From: Lepidodermella squamata
Lineage: Eukaryota > Animalia > Gastrotricha
Assembly: GCA_047495785.1 (NCBI GenBank)
Contig: JBLDXI010000032.1
Span: 62,001-126,000, forward strand
Length of the DNA stretch: 64,000 bases
Direction of reading: 5' to 3'
Shown here: piece by piece, positions 59,693 through 64,000 of the stretch
How the letters are laid out: each line of letters starts with the position of its first letter
How positions within the stretch are numbered: the stretch's first letter is position 1
Made by a program: the position numbers and the translations under genes
The notes under the pieces: generated by a model
What the model was told of the DNA's origin: nothing
Seen by the model: the letters and a program-made list of their open reading frames with translations, nothing else
The model's database searches: none

Positions 59693-61573
59693 TTACGGTT
59701 GAAATCTGAAATCAAAAATTTTGTTTAGGGAGAAATGATTTTAGGAACAAAATTATACCTGTCATCATTGCCTCGCAAATCACTGGCGCCTTGGTGCCGC
59801 AACTTTCGTCGGTCCATCGTCCGGCCGCAGTGCTGTTCTGACCCGGGCCAGGGGTCAAAATGACCTGGGAACATTGCTCCTCGAATCCTAACGTCGGCTC
59901 GCCATTCAACCAGCGTTTGTAACCCGTGGTCACCTGTTGATCGGAGCCGATCCATTCAGGCGGGGCTGACCAGTTCCAAGCGTCGGAATCATTGGATGAT
60001 CGAACAAGGCCGAGCCATAGACGGGAATACGTCGTCGGTATTCTCAATGGAGCTGGTAAAAAATCATTTAAAATTCCCAAAAAATTCGATTTTATTTACT
60101 ATACCGATATTTCGGGCGATGAAATTCCATTCTTCTTCGGTTTCGAATGATGCGATATCGGATACTAATGGGAACATGTCCTGGCAGAGTTTTCGCGATG
60201 TTGGCCAGTCGAAGATGACGGTGCTAGTCAGGTTGAAGTTGAACAGAGAGAAATAGCAATGGCGCTGGCCCCATCGGTCGTACCACTCGGCACCAGGGCA
60301 TGGAACTACAAAAAATTGAATTTAAAAATCAGTATCAAGGCGAATTTAATTTAGAATTTGGCTTTAGAAAATTAATACGCATAATAAAATAAAAAATAAA
60401 ATAATTTTGTAAATAATTGAAATTTAATTTTTTGAAGTTTGAAATTGTGAAATTATTTCAAAAAAATTTGAATTCAATTTTTTGAAATTTTCTTTTTGAA
60501 GAAATTTTATGAAAAATAAATTAAAAAAATAAAAATTAAAATGTATGAGATCCTCGGCAATGCTTTTTCGGAAAATATATTTTAGCAAGTTCATACATTG
60601 CTTCTTTCTGAAGTAAGTCTCATGCTTGTCCTCGGTACAGACAATCTCACTATCAGTACAGCTGCACTTTTTGAGCCAACATTTCGCGAGATTTTCATCG
60701 AAAATAATGCCCTGGCATTGGCTGCTGAAATCGCACTCGGACTTGCACTGTTCCAGCGTGGTATCCTCCATAATTTTGACATTTCCGAAATTTCTAAACG
60801 CATTGTACCACTGATTCTGACAACCACAAGCGCCAGGAATCCTGTCGTAGTCGACAAATAAATCTGTACCTGAACAATTCAAATTTTAAGTAAAAAAATG
60901 GAATTTTCAGGTAAGTTTACCGTTGCAGTAGGTTACATCGCAATAGCCCCAGGCTTTGCCAGCCGACGAGTAGCACCACGGTCCTAATTTTTCGTCCTTA
61001 TCAGGATTTCGGCAGAAATTCGACGCTTCAGCCGCGTTCAAATAGTTCGGAAACATCTGCGGGTTAGTCAGGCCATTTTTCACATCTTGCGATCTTGAAT
61101 TCGGCGAATCGGTTGTCCAAGCCTGGCAGGGTGACCCACACCTGGTTCGGTTCGCAAGGCCGTTGTACTCGCGCCCGGCTGCTGTCCTCCGGCAACTGAA
61201 CGAATAGCTCTGACAAACTGGCAGTTTGCTCCATTGACCGCTAGGCTGACAAACTACGGTCAGGTTTCCCTCGACTAGGCGCATGAAGCTTGGCGTGCAT
61301 CGGTATTGAATCACCTCGCCGGCATTGTACTGCGCCTTGGCTGATCCAACTTGGAAATTCGAAAAATCCGCCTTAAAAAATCGTGTGATTTTTCCAGATT
61401 TTTTACTCACCCTGAACTGCGTTTATAGGCGCTGGGTTCGGCGCTGGGCCGCAGCCTGACGGCGCCCTTTTATCGACCTGGACCATGCCATCGATATCGC
61501 TGAATTGAGCGATCGAACTAGCTGCAAGATTTGAAAGTATAAAAGTTAAAAAACTAGCCGGCAAGCTCAACAT
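59693..61573 (-). CDS. Secreted Sushi-Kringle-PAN-C-type lectin protein, copy 3
   Basis: First exon MLSLPASFLTFILSNLAASSIAQ...VDKRAPSGCG (absent from the ORF track); same domains; CTL EPT/WTD; ends DFKP*. Confidence 0.85.
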
Positions 61574-62783
61574 GTTGAATTGTGAGCGAAAAAATGAAGA
61601 AGTGAGATTTATTTGAGAAGATAAGGAGATAGAAGCGAAGAATTATCTCGGCGTGCAATTGAGTGGAGGTGGCGAAAATCAACCGCCTTAATTGCGGGCA
61701 GTTCGACACGTCGAGCCGTTGATTTTATTGCCGCTCATGCTCGCAGCAATATTACAAGGTGTTATATGATGAGGTGTTCGCGCGTGCGCAGGTAATAAGC
61801 TTGTTTTCGGTCCACAAATTCTAAACAGTCTGTAAGGAGCGTGACCGCCGGCTTCGGTCAACATGCTTTATTACTGTAACGAAGATCACGCTCAGATTGC
61901 AATAAAATTGAACTTGAAACGAGATAAATTCACCTAGGAATGCGGGCGACTTCAATATTTTTATTGGAAAAAAACTAGATTGTAAATATTTTATTTTACC
62001 ATCCATTATCATCGGAAATCGTCTGAAATGGGCAAACATCGGCTCCTTTAAACTATGTTTTATTTACATAAAATACATATCAGGCACTAAGGAAGAGATC
62101 TAAATGGAAAATTTTGAACGAATCGAACAGTTTATTCAGCTTTCAGCTTTTATATTAGCTTCCGGGGCTTTAGGAGGTTCGATTTATTTGCATAATTTTA
62201 AGTGAAATTCCTGCACTAAATTTCCACGATCATTTGTGATTTTTTTTGTCATTCTTTACTGAAAATGAAAGGTATTTCAAAGTCTAGTTTCGCCAGCAAA
62301 ATGTTTCCTCTTTGCTCGGATACCAACACCGTTCTTGCGGTTTTTTCGAATGATTTCGAGTTGAACAATTTCATAGAGCTGGAGATAGCATTTCAGCATT
62401 GTTCCAAAAACGAACTTGGTCTCATATTTGATTTCCTAAAATATAAAAATTGCTAAAGCGGTGGTTTTCCGATACTATTATCGAAAAATCACTGATTTGT
62501 GAAATCGATAATTGAAATCGATAATCGACACTAGTTCTGTATAACTTCTAAAAGACCGCTGCTGATTCCGCAACATCTGTACTTGAGATCTATCTCAATT
62601 AGAATTGCAAATGAATAAATTTAAATTCTAAAATTCAAAATTTCGAAAAATTTCATGCTGGAAAATTTAATTTAAAATAGGCATCTGTTCGGAAGCTTCC
62701 ATCGTTTATTCAACTTATTGTAATTTTTGAACCGTTGTGAAAAAGTTTAATAAAAGCTTTATGTTATCCAGCAAAAGGCACTA

Positions 62784-64000
62784 TTAGTTATTAGTCATTA
62801 AGCTGAAGAAAACAGCATGCACGACAATGAGAGTTATCAAAGTGATAATGAAGAAGATTAAATCGATGAATCGAACATTCGACATTTGGAACCCTCGCTT
62901 GTGGCTCATCGTTGTCATGCCGAATGGCAACGGAACGCTTATCTTCTTGTAATGCCCGTTTTCATCGAGCAGCCAATCCGCCAGGCCAACGCTCAACACC
63001 GAGTAGACAGTGCATATTGAACCTATGATAATGTTCGTATTCACGTAGACTACAAGGTAAATTGTCTCAGCGGTATGAGGAATCTCCTCCTGAACTAAGC
63101 TGTGAATCACAGCGAAAGCTAGAAGGATCGTTATTGAATAGACAGCCCTCTCCGCAATATGAGGCGCCATGGCAAATGGGCTGATTTGTAGGACAACCAG
63201 AGAAATCGATGGTATGAAGATGGCGTAAATGTATGGCTCAACCTTTCGTTGCAGCGTGAAGTAGTAATGAGCCTCCCCGGAGCAATGAATTATCGGCGGG
63301 TTCCCCATTGGGTAACAAGTTTTAGATACCTCACTGCTGTAGTTCAACAAATGCCAAACGGCCATAGGGCTAGTGAATCCCTCAGGGTTCTCAACATCGA
63401 TCTGAATCCTAGCTTCACTGATACTTGTATAGAACTGAGTGTCCCATAGTTCGAAGGCGAACATGCAGGTTTGCCTATCAAACGGGAAATGCTTCAGTTG
63501 AAGTGGGCATGATGTTGTCCAAGTTCCAGTTGGCGACCATTCGATCCAGCCGTTGCGAAAAATGTTCGTGTAAAGACCCTTCCCATTGTCGACAATTGCC
63601 TGAACTTTGTGGGGGCTGTTCCTATGGATTATCGACGGTTTCCAGAATAGTTCAGTTGGCAGCGCGACATGCGTGATGTTTCTGATTTGGTCGGCAATCG
63701 GTTTTGACTTGGCGGCGATTGCGTCGATGTCTCTATCCCACCGAACGCAATCGTCTGACCAGCAAAGGTTCAACGTCGCGAATATTGACATTGTTTCGCC
63801 GACTTCGTCGAATTCAACGAGGTTGAAGAAGTAAAAAAGGAGTTCCAGGTTGATCCTGTGGTCGTAGAAACCAAGGTCGGCATGACATTCGTTGAAAAAG
63901 CGATTCCTTAGGAAGTTTTCCGCTTCGAAACTCAGGGGAGACGGCTGGGAGAATTCGACCAGGGAAAATGAGAGTATAGCTGCGACAATAATGATGAAGT
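62784..64000 (-). CDS. Divergent Cys-loop ligand-gated ion channel subunit, no intron in the visible part, start just beyond the window
   Basis: Frame stays open upstream of the listed ORF to the edge (FIIIVAAILSFSLVEFS signal-like). WKPS, Cys-loop CPLQLKHFPFDRQTC, M2 ERAVYSITILLAF. Confidence 0.92.
   Translation of the reverse strand, partial: FIIIVAAILSFSLVEFSQPSPLSFEAENFLRNRFFNECHADLGFYDHRINLELLFYFFNLVEFDEVGETMSIFATLNLCWSDDCVRWDRDIDAIAAKSKPIADQIRNITHVALPTELFWKPSIIHRNSPHKVQAIVDNGKGLYTNIFRNGWIEWSPTGTWTTSCPLQLKHFPFDRQTCMFAFELWDTQFYTSISEARIQIDVENPEGFTSPMAVWHLLNYSSEVSKTCYPMGNPPIIHCSGEAHYYFTLQRKVEPYIYAIFIPSISLVVLQISPFAMAPHIAERAVYSITILLAFAVIHSLVQEEIPHTAETIYLVVYVNTNIIIGSICTVYSVLSVGLADWLLDENGHYKKISVPLPFGMTTMSHKRGFQMSNVRFIDLIFFIITLITLIVVHAVFFSLMTNN

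Noticed and set aside
1-64000. tRNA, rRNA, prokaryotic operons or defence systems
   Set aside because: None recognised; spliceosomal introns and animal domain content throughout.

Overview
Eukaryotic (animal) genomic DNA from a compact-genome invertebrate. Introns are mostly ~50-60 bp GT-AG, so many track ORFs are exons, and I reassembled genes by hand using splice phase. The species cannot be determined from this window. Contents from left to right: (1) 1-3.3 kb, a graveyard of fragments: an HNH-nuclease-like ORF, foldback/Tc1-like/hAT elements, and VWA5A and LamG pseudogene pieces. (2) An intronless divergent Cys-loop channel. (3) Three tandem secreted LamG-EGF2-LamG-EGF4 genes with a conserved 9-nt microexon and a piggyBac between copies 1 and 2. 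(4) An all-ankyrin gene and a Sushi-Sushi-inactive trypsin-like gene. (5) A two-exon amidated peptide precursor that the ORF track misses, directly upstream of an intronless GABA-B-like class C GPCR. (6) A membrane-anchored double-LamG gene. (7) A complete 9.4-kb EnSpm/CACTA transposon (23-bp TIRs, CA target duplication; transposase, BEN-domain gene and a third gene). It is inserted into the last repeat of (8) a kinase-pseudokinase-~23x ankyrin gene whose repeats vary at DARPin-like binding positions. (9) Three tandem secreted Sushi-Kringle-PAN-C-type lectin genes. (10) A second intronless Cys-loop channel. The best candidates for something new are the tandem-kinase/ankyrin receptor-like gene and the peptide precursor next to the orphan GPCR.
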